DNA of 64,000 bases from an uncultured Isosphaeraceae bacterium (GTDB taxonomy: Bacteria > Planctomycetota > Phycisphaerae > Phycisphaerales > SM1A02). Location: positions 1-64,000 of the forward strand of contig CAZRBV010000005.1 in the NCBI GenBank assembly GCA_964598425.1, in the 5' to 3' direction. The position numbers were made by a program, and so were the translations under genes. Below are positions 55,988 to 64,000 of the stretch, piece after piece (the first letter of the stretch is position 1; each line of letters begins with the position of its first letter). Under the pieces are notes generated by a model. The model was not told where the DNA came from, did no database searches, and saw only the letters and a list, made by a program, of their open reading frames with translations.

Positions 55988-56881
55988 TCAGGATCCTCCA
56001 CCAAGCCGCTGCGCGCCAAGTGTGACCCCCGCAAGAATCATCGACGCGGCCGACCAGCCGACGTGTCCAGCCGCCAGGAGCATGCTGCTGTCCAGCACCG
56101 CCAGTCCAGCGATCGCCCAGCAGACGGCTTCGCTGTGGCGACCGGCCTTGATGCGGCGGTGGACGCTTGGCGTCCAGGCAATCAGCATAATCAGAATCGA
56201 TGCGCCAACGGCGCCCGCAGTCGAGTTCGGGCTCGTCCATCCAACACCAATGATGCCTACGACGGACAGAATCAACCAGACAATGCCATGCGAGATTCGT
56301 TGTTCACCACCTCGTTCACCCCGGCCGATGCAGGTGATTCCAATGGTCCAGAGTCCTACGCCAGCGGATGCCCACCACACAGCGGGGTTGACTTGATCGG
56401 TCAGCAGGAGGGCCGTCAGCACAGGCACGCAGCTTCGGCATCCAGCCATCAACGCGGTCGCAGCCAGGACGCTGTGGCGATGCGTGAATTGGTACAGGAA
56501 GATCATTGCGGTCAATACGCCAGCAGCGATCAACGATTCGATGGTGTTGGCACCAAGGAAGCTGGCAAAGCCAACGATCGAAAGACCGACGATGACAAGC
56601 AGCCCGCCGATGGAAGCGGCTTCTCGGGCTGACATGCGACCTGCTGCGACAGGTCTGGTCGACTTATTCGCGCGATCAAAATCGGCGTCACCGGCATCAT
56701 TGATCGCCATGCCACCGAGATAGAGCATCGACACGCCTGTGATTGCGCCAGCAAGGCAGGGAACGGCATTCAGCTCGAGAGCTTGCAGTGACAGCCCGGC
56801 GCCAAGCAGCACATTTGACCACACCGTCGGGAGGTTCGCCGCGCGAAGCGTCGTCCACCAGTCTCGCGTGGTGCTCACCAC
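55988..56881 (-). CDS. eboC: UbiA-family aromatic prenyltransferase; EboC-type
   Basis: Aspartate-rich motif AINDAGDADFD (NDxxDxxxD), eight or nine TM segments, and a second Asp-rich region. GTG start at 56881 with GGAGG 4 nt upstream. Confidence 0.7.
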   Translation of the reverse strand: MVSTTRDWWTTLRAANLPTVWSNVLLGAGLSLQALELNAVPCLAGAITGVSMLYLGGMAINDAGDADFDRANKSTRPVAAGRMSAREAASIGGLLVIVGLSIVGFASFLGANTIESLIAAGVLTAMIFLYQFTHRHSVLAATALMAGCRSCVPVLTALLLTDQVNPAVWWASAGVGLWTIGITCIGRGERGGEQRISHGIVWLILSVVGIIGVGWTSPNSTAGAVGASILIMLIAWTPSVHRRIKAGRHSEAVCWAIAGLAVLDSSMLLAAGHVGWSAASMILAGVTLGAQRLGGGS

Positions 56882-57957
56882 CCGACCTCCTTCATGACGC
56901 CCGCGGTCCATTCGAGTTCGCGGGCAATCTCGGCTTGCACAGTTGGAAGGCGAAACGACGCTGGCAACACATCCCAGGCGTACGTTTCCACTTCAACTGG
57001 CGGCCGCTGTCCGGAGTCGGCAACGGCGGCGAGGAGCTTCGCAATCCACGGCTGTGTCGATCCGAGCGGGCCGAAGGTCTCTCGGTGCACGGGCACATGA
57101 CAATGCGTTCGCCAGAGTCCTTCGCACGCTCGATCGCATGTCTCCGGAATATCGTCATACATGCTCAGAACGCCGCCGCTGAGTACCGAGGTCTGGTGCA
57201 TCCAGCGAGCTTCATCGAGCGACTGCAGGGCCTTGATGCCCTCGGGCGTGTCTGATTCTGGGGCCGACGAGACTTGCACGCGTCCGACGCGGATGCCAGC
57301 TTCGCGCAGCGCGCCGACTGCCGCGATCGGTTCCTCGTGTTCAACGGCGAGATGGCAGGCATCGAGACATGCGCGGAGCGTTCCCTGCTTCGCGTGCCGA
57401 TTCAGTGACGTTGCCGATACGAATCTGCCCAACGCGGCCGCTGTCGGAATCAGGCAGCACGGTTCGGGTTCAATGGCGAGGAAGATCTCTCTGCCGTGGT
57501 TCGCGCCAAGCCGTTCGAGTTCAACGCACGCCTGCCCAATCAGGTCTACGGCAGCTTCAACGTCGATGTCGTGAGCAGGCCACCCGATCGGGACCGTCGT
57601 CAGGCCAATCTCGTCGCCAGGATTGCTGAGGGCGATCAGGGCTTCGGCCGCTCGAAGTGTGTACGCAAGACGCGCGGGATCGTCCCATGCTGGTTGGTAC
57701 ACGGCATCCTTGACGCGCTTGGCGTGGAAGTTGCCTTGGGGGAAGGCATTGAGCCCGAGCAAGGGTGTTCCCATGCTGCCGAGCGCTTGGGCAATCGGAC
57801 CGACCTGTTCGGCAGGGTTGTTCCCCAGGATGTCATCGGGCAGCCAGAGCCCGACCTTGGAACCCTCCGGCATACATTCGGTCATGGCTTTCAGGGCGTC
57901 TGCAAGATCGGTGATCGTCCGAGTTGGCAGCACATTCGTGCACCAGCCGGGTCGCAC
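56875..57957 (-). CDS. eboE: Xylose-isomerase-like TIM-barrel sugar-phosphate isomerase/epimerase; EboE-type
   Basis: AP-endonuclease-2 / xylose-isomerase-like TIM-barrel family by length and conserved E/H/D pattern (EIFLAIEPEP...CLDACHLAVEHE). The stop overlaps the UbiA start region. Confidence 0.6.
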   Translation of the reverse strand: MRPGWCTNVLPTRTITDLADALKAMTECMPEGSKVGLWLPDDILGNNPAEQVGPIAQALGSMGTPLLGLNAFPQGNFHAKRVKDAVYQPAWDDPARLAYTLRAAEALIALSNPGDEIGLTTVPIGWPAHDIDVEAAVDLIGQACVELERLGANHGREIFLAIEPEPCCLIPTAAALGRFVSATSLNRHAKQGTLRACLDACHLAVEHEEPIAAVGALREAGIRVGRVQVSSAPESDTPEGIKALQSLDEARWMHQTSVLSGGVLSMYDDIPETCDRACEGLWRTHCHVPVHRETFGPLGSTQPWIAKLLAAVADSGQRPPVEVETYAWDVLPASFRLPTVQAEIARELEWTAGVMKEVGW

Positions 57958-57958
57958 G

Positions 57959-58762
57959 TCAGGCCTCTACGCGAAAGTTCGGTGATCGACCGAGGAACGC
58001 AATTGGATTGGCGAATGTCACTTTCTCGATCATCTCTGCAGGATGACGGCGTCGTTTCATTTCCATCCGGGCCTTGGGGACAGCCAGCGGGTCGGAATCA
58101 CCCCAGTCGCCGGCGGAATTCATCCAGATGCGGTCCGTGCCCCATTGCTCAAGAATGTCGACAGCTCGCTGAGGCGTGCATTTGGTATCGGGATACAGCG
58201 TCATGCCCGCCCAAAACCCACGGTCCAGAACAAGGCCAACGGTGTGTTCCTCGACGTGATCAATGAGCACCCGGTCGGGATTGAGGCCAGCGTTGTCGAC
58301 CGCGTCCAGAATCAGGCCCGTGCCCTTGTGTTTGTCTTCGAGATGCGGGGTATGGACGAGTACGAGTTGATCACGCTGCTGCGCGAGCTCAAGATGTGCC
58401 TCCAGCACAGCGAGTTCATTCTTGCTGTTCTTGTTGAGGCCGATCTCTCCAATGCCAAGGACGTTTGGGCAGTCGAGGAAGTCCGGAATAACTGACATCA
58501 CTTCCTTTGCGAACCCGGTGTCCTCGGCTTCTTTTGGATTGATGCATAACCAGCAGTGGTGTTGGATTCCGTACTGCGCTGCTCGCTTTGGTTCGGTGTC
58601 GGTCAATTGACGGTAGTAGTCACGGAACCCGTCGACGCTGCAGCGATCAAAGCCGGCCCAGAAGGCCGGTTCGGTAATCGCCACGCATCCCGCCTGTGCC
58701 ATGCGGCGATAGTCATCCGTTGTCCGAGACACCATGTGAATGTGAGGATCGATGTACCTCAC
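57959..58762 (-). CDS. eboB: TatD-family metal-dependent hydrolase; EboB-type
   Basis: N-terminal MRYIDPHIHM (the HxH metal site of TatD/amidohydrolase folds), plus downstream His/Glu/Asp ligands (LVHTPH, DHVEEH). The 267-aa size fits TatD. Confidence 0.7.
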   Translation of the reverse strand: MRYIDPHIHMVSRTTDDYRRMAQAGCVAITEPAFWAGFDRCSVDGFRDYYRQLTDTEPKRAAQYGIQHHCWLCINPKEAEDTGFAKEVMSVIPDFLDCPNVLGIGEIGLNKNSKNELAVLEAHLELAQQRDQLVLVHTPHLEDKHKGTGLILDAVDNAGLNPDRVLIDHVEEHTVGLVLDRGFWAGMTLYPDTKCTPQRAVDILEQWGTDRIWMNSAGDWGDSDPLAVPKARMEMKRRRHPAEMIEKVTFANPIAFLGRSPNFRVEA

Positions 58763-59064
58763 GGAGTTGTGTCCGGGTTTGGAGCACCGAAGGCACCTTG
58801 CATCGGCGCCGAATCAATCGGCTCACTGGAGGAATCGCTGAGCAGCATCTGGATGCGTTTCGCGCGATCACCCTCGCCATCTATCAGCAGGGCGACAGCC
58901 CTTTGGAGGTACTCGACTCGAAAGTCTTCATCGCCACCAGTGCGGTCAAGCCGATCGAAAAAGGCGGCAAGGTCGAGCACTTTGGCGCGGTGCTCGAGGA
59001 AGTAGGCGTCAACAACCTCGGTGGGGGTCATTGGGCAGTGCGGCGTATGTCTCATGGGGACCAT
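58759..59064 (-). CDS. Small conserved-position hypothetical protein inside the ebo-like cluster (candidate EboA-like)
   Basis: A 101-aa ORF with ATGA overlap to the TatD gene and a 2-nt gap from the DHQS-like gene. No recognisable domain. Confidence 0.35.
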   Translation of the reverse strand: MVPMRHTPHCPMTPTEVVDAYFLEHRAKVLDLAAFFDRLDRTGGDEDFRVEYLQRAVALLIDGEGDRAKRIQMLLSDSSSEPIDSAPMQGAFGAPNPDTTP

Positions 59065-59065
59065 G

Positions 59066-60343
59066 CTACCCCGCCCGGGTGTGCCGCTTCTCGCACCGGC
59101 CCCGGACCAGACGAATCGCCTGCCGCATCTGCTCGAGATCGACCGATGAGATTTCGCTGGATGTGCCAGCCTCGGTCACCATGGTCAATGCGAGTGTCCC
59201 GCCGAGATGTTCTCTGAATCGTTCGATCCCTTCCAGCAGCCGGTCCTCATCGCCCATGGCGTCGCTGGTCAATGGGAATCCCAGCGAAGCGAGGCAGTCG
59301 GTGATGCGGCTGACCAGTGAAGCCGATCCACCGAGACTCAGGGCCGCGTACTGCAGATCGATGAGAAGCCCGATTGCGACGGCATCACCGTGCGAGAGGC
59401 GAAATCCTGTCATCTGCTCAAGCCGGTGCGCCGACCAGTGGCCGAAATCGAGCGGGCGGGCTCGCTGTATCTCGAATGGATCGCCACCCTGGACAATGTG
59501 GGCGACATGGAGATCTGCGGTCCGTGTCACGATGCGCTCCATCGTTTCAAGATCACGACTCACAAGTGAGTCGGTGGATCTCTCGACATCGTCGAGCAAC
59601 GCGGTGTCCTTGAGCAGCGCAACCTTGAGCGACTCACTCAATCCCGCTCGCCAATCGCGTTCGGCCAGCGATGTGAGCAGTTCGGCATCGTTGACAACGG
59701 CCCATGGCGGCGCAAAGGTGCCGATGAGGTTTTTGGCGCCGAAGGCATTGATGCCATTCTTGACGCCGACACCTGCATCGGCCTGTCCGAGTGTGGTCGA
59801 CGGGAGTCGGATCAATCGAACGCCGCGGTGGGCCGTACTTGCTGCGAGCCCGACGGCGTCGAGCATCGCCCCGCCGCCGATCGCAAGGACAAAGGACTGC
59901 CGGCAAATGCGCCGATCATGAATGGCTCGGACCGTCTGATCAAAGACTGTTCGATCATTCTTGGCCCGCTCGCCACCTGGAAGGATCAGTGGTGCACTTG
60001 CGACTTTGATCCGCGATGCATGTTGCTCTGTCCACTCGATGACACGAGCAGGGAGGTCTGGTTGAGCTGCAACGAGCCCTTCGTCCATGACGCACAGAAG
60101 GCGGTGCGGACCGCCGTCATGCGGGAAGATCCCCGCAAGTGATTCGCCTTCAGTCGTAAATGCCCTCCTGCACGAAAGCACTCGGTGCCGCCACCGCACT
60201 TGAATGGTTCCGCTAGATGGCAGTTCTTGCACGCTTGGCTCCGACACACCCGCACCCATTTCCAAAGCCATGATACGGTGAACTGTGACGAATTCTCCGG
60301 AGAATGCTTCATTCTCCGGCATAGGATGCACGGCCTCTGACAT
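59066..60343 (-). CDS. eboD: 3-Dehydroquinate-synthase-like sugar-phosphate cyclase; EboD-type
   Basis: DHQS-family motifs: glycine-rich NAD site LAIGGGAMLDAVG, the Zn/substrate region GVKNGIN...K, and HGDAVAIG (His ligands). The track ORF runs to 60502. ATG 60343 (MSEAVHP) is preferred, but 60400 is also possible. Confidence 0.7.
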   Translation of the reverse strand: MSEAVHPMPENEAFSGEFVTVHRIMALEMGAGVSEPSVQELPSSGTIQVRWRHRVLSCRRAFTTEGESLAGIFPHDGGPHRLLCVMDEGLVAAQPDLPARVIEWTEQHASRIKVASAPLILPGGERAKNDRTVFDQTVRAIHDRRICRQSFVLAIGGGAMLDAVGLAASTAHRGVRLIRLPSTTLGQADAGVGVKNGINAFGAKNLIGTFAPPWAVVNDAELLTSLAERDWRAGLSESLKVALLKDTALLDDVERSTDSLVSRDLETMERIVTRTADLHVAHIVQGGDPFEIQRARPLDFGHWSAHRLEQMTGFRLSHGDAVAIGLLIDLQYAALSLGGSASLVSRITDCLASLGFPLTSDAMGDEDRLLEGIERFREHLGGTLALTMVTEAGTSSEISSVDLEQMRQAIRLVRGRCEKRHTRAG

Positions 60344-60354
60344 GGAGTATTCGC

Positions 60355-60825
60355 ATGGACAGCTTGCAAGATCGTGTTCGTCGCCTGGAAACTTCGCCAT
60401 GGCGGAGGATGATGCCGCTGGTGCTTGGCGTTGGGCTGGTTGGTGGGCTCCTCGGCGCTGGGGCTTCCGAGACCGTATCCCGCCAGTTGATGGGTGGTTC
60501 ACTTGTCATTGTGAACCAAAGTGGTCGACCGGTGATTTCGCTCGGTTCAGGTTCAGATGGTCACGGGCATATGGTCATCGCAAACGCTGACGGTACCGCG
60601 ATGCTTGTCTTGAAGGCTGGCGAGCGTAGCGGGGACATTGACGTCTTTGATGACAAGGGTCACCGGCTGGCCAAGCTCGGCAACTCTCCAAGTGGAGATG
60701 GGATGTTGCTACTCGGCGGCGAAGATGGTGATCCACTTGTCCGCGCGGGAAGATGGGATGTTGGTGCAGGTCATGGTCAATTGTGGCTTCGTGATCCGGC
60801 AGTTACCGAGCCTTCCACGCCGTGA
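60355..60825 (+). CDS. Small membrane-anchored Gly-rich protein, function unknown
   Basis: N-terminal TM (MMPLVLGVGLVGGLLGAGAS). Divergent from the ebo-like operon. No domain recognised. Confidence 0.35.
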   Translation: MDSLQDRVRRLETSPWRRMMPLVLGVGLVGGLLGAGASETVSRQLMGGSLVIVNQSGRPVISLGSGSDGHGHMVIANADGTAMLVLKAGERSGDIDVFDDKGHRLAKLGNSPSGDGMLLLGGEDGDPLVRAGRWDVGAGHGQLWLRDPAVTEPSTP

Positions 60826-62014
60826 GCCCTGCTTCCAGGATTCGCACGCTGCGCCGAAGCACATCTTTCTGGACGCAGTAGGTCATGCGCACTTCGTTGA
60901 GGCCAAGCCCTTCTGTGCGGTAAAAGCCTGCAAGTGGAGCAAGGCACACCGTTTCACCGTCAAGGTCGAACTCGCTTACGAGCCATCGACAGAATGCGTC
61001 GGCATCATCGACGGGCAATGGGATGGCGAGATAGAAGGCACCCTCCGGTGTCGGTACGTCCAGGCCGATGTTGCGAAGTCCTTCGACGAGGACGTTCCGC
61101 CGTTCCTGATACTCGGCATTGACCCGGCGGAACCACGACTCTGGTACAGAGAGTGCTGCGTGGGCCGCATACTGATCCACACTCGCGGGTGAGAGACGAG
61201 TCTGCGCGAATCGAAGGGCAGCTTCACGGAGTTCCGAGTTTCTGGTGATGAGCCAGCCGATTCTTGCGCCGCACGCGCTGTACCGCTTTGAAACGGAGTC
61301 GATGATGATTGCGTGCTCGTCCGCTGCTGGAATGTCGAGCAGCGAGGCAGCCCGGGTTCCAGGTTCGACGTCGTACACGAAGTCGCGGTAGACCTCATCG
61401 CAAATGAAGAAGATGTCCCGCTCGACGCAGATTGCCGCGATGGTTTCAAGGTCCTCCCGGCTGAGTACCGTTCCAGTCGGATTTCCAGGCGTCGGAAGAA
61501 TGAGCGCGCGGGTCTTACCGGTGATGGCCGCTGCGATGGCCTCAGGGTGAACCTTGAATCCGTCAGATGCTGAAAGCGTGACAGGAGATACTTCAACACC
61601 AAGGAGATGGCTGAAGCCGGCGTAGTTCGTGTAGTAGGGCTCGCATACGAGCACTTCGTCGCCCGGATCAGCAACGGATGCAATGGAGAAGAGGAGGGCC
61701 TCGGATCCACCGGTTGTGACGACGATGTCTTCGGCTTCAACGTCTCGGGTGATGCCTCCGTTGCTTGAATACCAGACCGCGAGATCTTGTCTGAATTCGA
61801 CAAACCCATCGCTGGGGGCATACGCAAGGACATCATCGTGGAAGGTGCGGTAGGCCTCCGTCATTTCGCACGGCGTCGAGATATCCGGCTGGCCGATATT
61901 CAGGGCGTGCACTGTCACACCGCGGTCCTGAGCCGCTCGGGCGAGCCCTGCCAGCGCGCGAATAGGAGATGCTGGCGCGTCCGAGCCGCGTCTGGAAAGT
62001 GTACATGTGGACAT
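60803..62014 (-). CDS. Class I/II pyridoxal-phosphate-dependent aminotransferase (aspartate/aromatic aminotransferase-like)
   Basis: Fold-type I motifs: LNIGQPD, GNPTG, a PLP-Lys region (SVSKRYSACGARIGW), and a C-terminal Arg. The 403-aa size fits. Confidence 0.8.
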   Translation of the reverse strand: MSTCTLSRRGSDAPASPIRALAGLARAAQDRGVTVHALNIGQPDISTPCEMTEAYRTFHDDVLAYAPSDGFVEFRQDLAVWYSSNGGITRDVEAEDIVVTTGGSEALLFSIASVADPGDEVLVCEPYYTNYAGFSHLLGVEVSPVTLSASDGFKVHPEAIAAAITGKTRALILPTPGNPTGTVLSREDLETIAAICVERDIFFICDEVYRDFVYDVEPGTRAASLLDIPAADEHAIIIDSVSKRYSACGARIGWLITRNSELREAALRFAQTRLSPASVDQYAAHAALSVPESWFRRVNAEYQERRNVLVEGLRNIGLDVPTPEGAFYLAIPLPVDDADAFCRWLVSEFDLDGETVCLAPLAGFYRTEGLGLNEVRMTYCVQKDVLRRSVRILEAGLTAWKAR

Positions 62015-62192
62015 TGGTAGATTCTCCTCTCGCCAGCGAACCCCCCCGTGGGCCTTGCCCTGAACCGAGGCAGGGTATCAGGGGGCAGCAGCGAGATCCC
62101 AGCGAGCCCTCCCGGTCACCTATACTTGTCCGCTGTCCATTGAACATACGCTCACGACTGGTTGCAAAGACCCTCGAGGGCTTCAGGAGAAG

Positions 62193-62984
62193 ATGACCAT
62201 GTTTGTTCGACCTTTGTGCTCGTTGGCTTTGCTTGGGACGCTGACTCTTACCGGGGCTGCTGCTGGTCAAGGCATGGCTGCGGATGACGCCGCCCCTGTC
62301 GATCCCGGGGTTCGCCTTCGGGCACTGGAAACGATGAACAGCGCAGCGAGCAGCAAACTGGCCGATGCCGTCGCCCATGAGAAGGAACTTCGCGGCTATG
62401 TACAGCAGCAAGGCCTCGCTTCAAGCTGCGGCGAGGCTCCGTCGAATGACACACACGACATGGCCCTGAGCTTTGACAAGGCACTTGAGATTGCTATTCA
62501 GCATGAGCAGTTGGCCCCATCGGGCCACAACACGCAGGCGACTCCAGGTGAGATCAAGGCCTACACCGATCTTGCCAGCGGAACGTGGGACAAGCTCCAG
62601 ACCGCCATGGCGAACGTTGAGCATCTCAGCGACTGCCTTCACGGCCAGAAGAAGTTCAACGACTATCTCGGATGGTCAGGTGATCAGCAGAAGGCCAAGG
62701 CCAAGGAAATGCAGGCTCGCAATGCGGAAGCCTCAAAAGAGAACACCGAGAAACTGGATGAGGCGTACAAGAAGGAAGCCGATCAGTATGCCGCCTTCAA
62801 GAAGGCCCAGCAGCAGCAGCATCAGGCCTTCCTGAATCAGGCATGGACGAAGTACCAGTTTGACCAGAAGAACGAACTCAAGGCCTATAAGTACCGCACC
62901 GAGTATGGACCGAATTCCTACTACAACAGCTACGCTGGAAGCATGTACGGCGGAGGTGGTGGATACTACGGCGGCGGTTGGTGA
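62193..62984 (+). CDS. Secreted protein with Gly/Tyr-rich low-complexity C-terminal tail
   Basis: Signal peptide (LCSLALLGTLTLTGAAAG), a K/E/Q-rich helical body, and a tail NSYYNSYAGSMYGGGGGYYGGGW. Confidence 0.5.
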   Translation: MTMFVRPLCSLALLGTLTLTGAAAGQGMAADDAAPVDPGVRLRALETMNSAASSKLADAVAHEKELRGYVQQQGLASSCGEAPSNDTHDMALSFDKALEIAIQHEQLAPSGHNTQATPGEIKAYTDLASGTWDKLQTAMANVEHLSDCLHGQKKFNDYLGWSGDQQKAKAKEMQARNAEASKENTEKLDEAYKKEADQYAAFKKAQQQQHQAFLNQAWTKYQFDQKNELKAYKYRTEYGPNSYYNSYAGSMYGGGGGYYGGGW

Positions 62985-62995
62985 TCTGACCGGCG

Positions 62996-63850
62996 CTACG
63001 CAGACCCGTGAGCCGGCTCGTCCTGACGAACCTTCGTTTGTTCCAGCTCTGCGTAGGCGTTGTGCGAGTGGATCGATTCGAAGTTCTCGCTGTGAATCCG
63101 GTACCAGTCGATTCGTGGCTCGGCGTCAAGACTGTGGGCGAGATCCCGCACGATGTCTTCGACAAACTTCGGGTTCTCAAAGGCTTGCTCGGTGACGACC
63201 TTTTCGTCGGGTCGTTTGAGCACGCTGTAGACCGGGCAACTGGCTGATGCTTCGATGAGTTCCACGAGTTCCTCGATCCACACCATGCGGTTCATGCGAA
63301 TGTCAGCCGAGATGACGCACCTCTGATTGTGCGCTCCGTATTTGGATATCTCCTTGGAGCATGGGCAGAGACTCGTTGCTGGCGCAGATACCCCCAATAC
63401 GAATGTGTCGCCCTGGCTGGAGGAATCGCATGTCATTCGGACGGCGTAGTCCATGAGTCCCGGACGGCCAGTGGCGGGCGCCATCTTGTTGATGAAGTAC
63501 GTGAACTCCATTTCGACATGTGCCCGCTCGGCGTCGAGCGCCACTCGAATACCGCGGCACAAGTCGATGATGCGGCTGGGTGACATTCCCTCGCGGTAGT
63601 CGTTGAGCATCTCCAGAAACCGGCTCATGTGTGTTCCCTTGCGATCGTCTGCAAGAGACACATACATGTTGACGGTGGCATCAACGGTTTCCTGACTGCC
63701 ATCGCGGGTGGCGACGCTGATTGGATACCGGATTCCTTTCACGCCGACCCGGTCGATAGCGACTCGCCGCTCGTCAGATCGCCCCTGGACGTCTGGGATC
63801 GATTCGGCGGTGGTATCGGTAGTCAATCTGTCGGTATGGGTGGTGGTCAT
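62996..63850 (-). CDS. folE2: GTP cyclohydrolase FolE2 (type IB, MptA/FolE2 family)
   Basis: IPDVQ...IDRVGVKGIRYPISV is the FolE2 N-terminal signature. Cys/His/Glu metal-site residues are conserved downstream. The track ORF runs to 63907, and ATG 63850 is the more likely start. Confidence 0.8.
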   Translation of the reverse strand: MTTTHTDRLTTDTTAESIPDVQGRSDERRVAIDRVGVKGIRYPISVATRDGSQETVDATVNMYVSLADDRKGTHMSRFLEMLNDYREGMSPSRIIDLCRGIRVALDAERAHVEMEFTYFINKMAPATGRPGLMDYAVRMTCDSSSQGDTFVLGVSAPATSLCPCSKEISKYGAHNQRCVISADIRMNRMVWIEELVELIEASASCPVYSVLKRPDEKVVTEQAFENPKFVEDIVRDLAHSLDAEPRIDWYRIHSENFESIHSHNAYAELEQTKVRQDEPAHGSA

Positions 63851-64000
63851 TGATATCGCCCTGTATGGGGGGGAACTTCCCATTCTACCTGAGCCTGCAT
63901 GGTCCACTCAATTGAAACTGGCCCTTCTCAGCGCGCAGGAGTGGGTGGCGGTAGCCAGGGCGTGTCGCTACTGGCCGGCGAGTCGTGAGGCGACGTGGCC

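Noticed and set aside
1-64000. CRISPR arrays, rRNA and tRNA genes
   Set aside because: No short direct repeats with regular spacing and no rRNA-like conserved blocks were seen. No tRNA cloverleaf could be confidently recognised by eye in the intergenic regions (7930-8235, 15895-16118, 53292-53531). A tRNAscan/Infernal run would be needed to exclude them.

Overview
The window is GC-rich (~60-65%) and gene-dense, and looks like an accessory-rich stretch of a Planctomycetota-type chromosome. The phylum call is an inference from content: a prepilin N-terminal methylation domain fused to a DUF1559-like domain, Ser/Thr kinases fused to a formylglycine-generating-enzyme (FGE) sulfatase domain, recurrent dockerin-like D-x-D-x-DG...DLL...WG C-terminal modules, and many lipoproteins. 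The first ~10.3 kb is bracketed by inverted ~50-bp IS3-type termini (5-54 and 10336-10385, 47/50 identical). The right-hand one abuts a decayed IS3-family element (orfA intact, orfB in frameshifted fragments) and an ISL3-family transposase fragment. That flanked segment carries a large lipoprotein with a TolB-like propeller, an XRE-HTH regulator, four small exported proteins, an ExbB/ExbD/ExbD-like set and a Ser/Thr kinase-FGE fusion. Further along are two more kinase-like genes (one with an FG-GAP ectodomain, one predicted catalytically dead), two SPFH/flotillin-like proteins, an ACR3 arsenite transporter, and a lysyl-endopeptidase-like S1 protease. A five-gene envelope-spanning signalling operon follows (outer-membrane beta-barrel, lipoprotein, FecR-like protein, CHASE2 adenylate cyclase, GAF-PP2C phosphatase). 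Core metabolism genes gcvP, serA and folE2 are present, along with an M2/M3-like metallopeptidase next to a chagasin-family inhibitor, an ABC importer with a fused double permease, and three proteins ending in an unusual IP[AS]P[GS]-hydrophobic-RRR C-terminal sorting-like tag. The most striking block is a complete, tightly overlapping ebo-type cluster on the minus strand (54616-60343): DHQS-like cyclase, small ORF, TatD hydrolase, TIM-barrel sugar-phosphate isomerase, UbiA prenyltransferase, alkaline-phosphatase-family enzyme. No rRNA, tRNA or CRISPR array was seen by eye. Many long antisense ORFs in the track are treated as GC-driven shadow ORFs.
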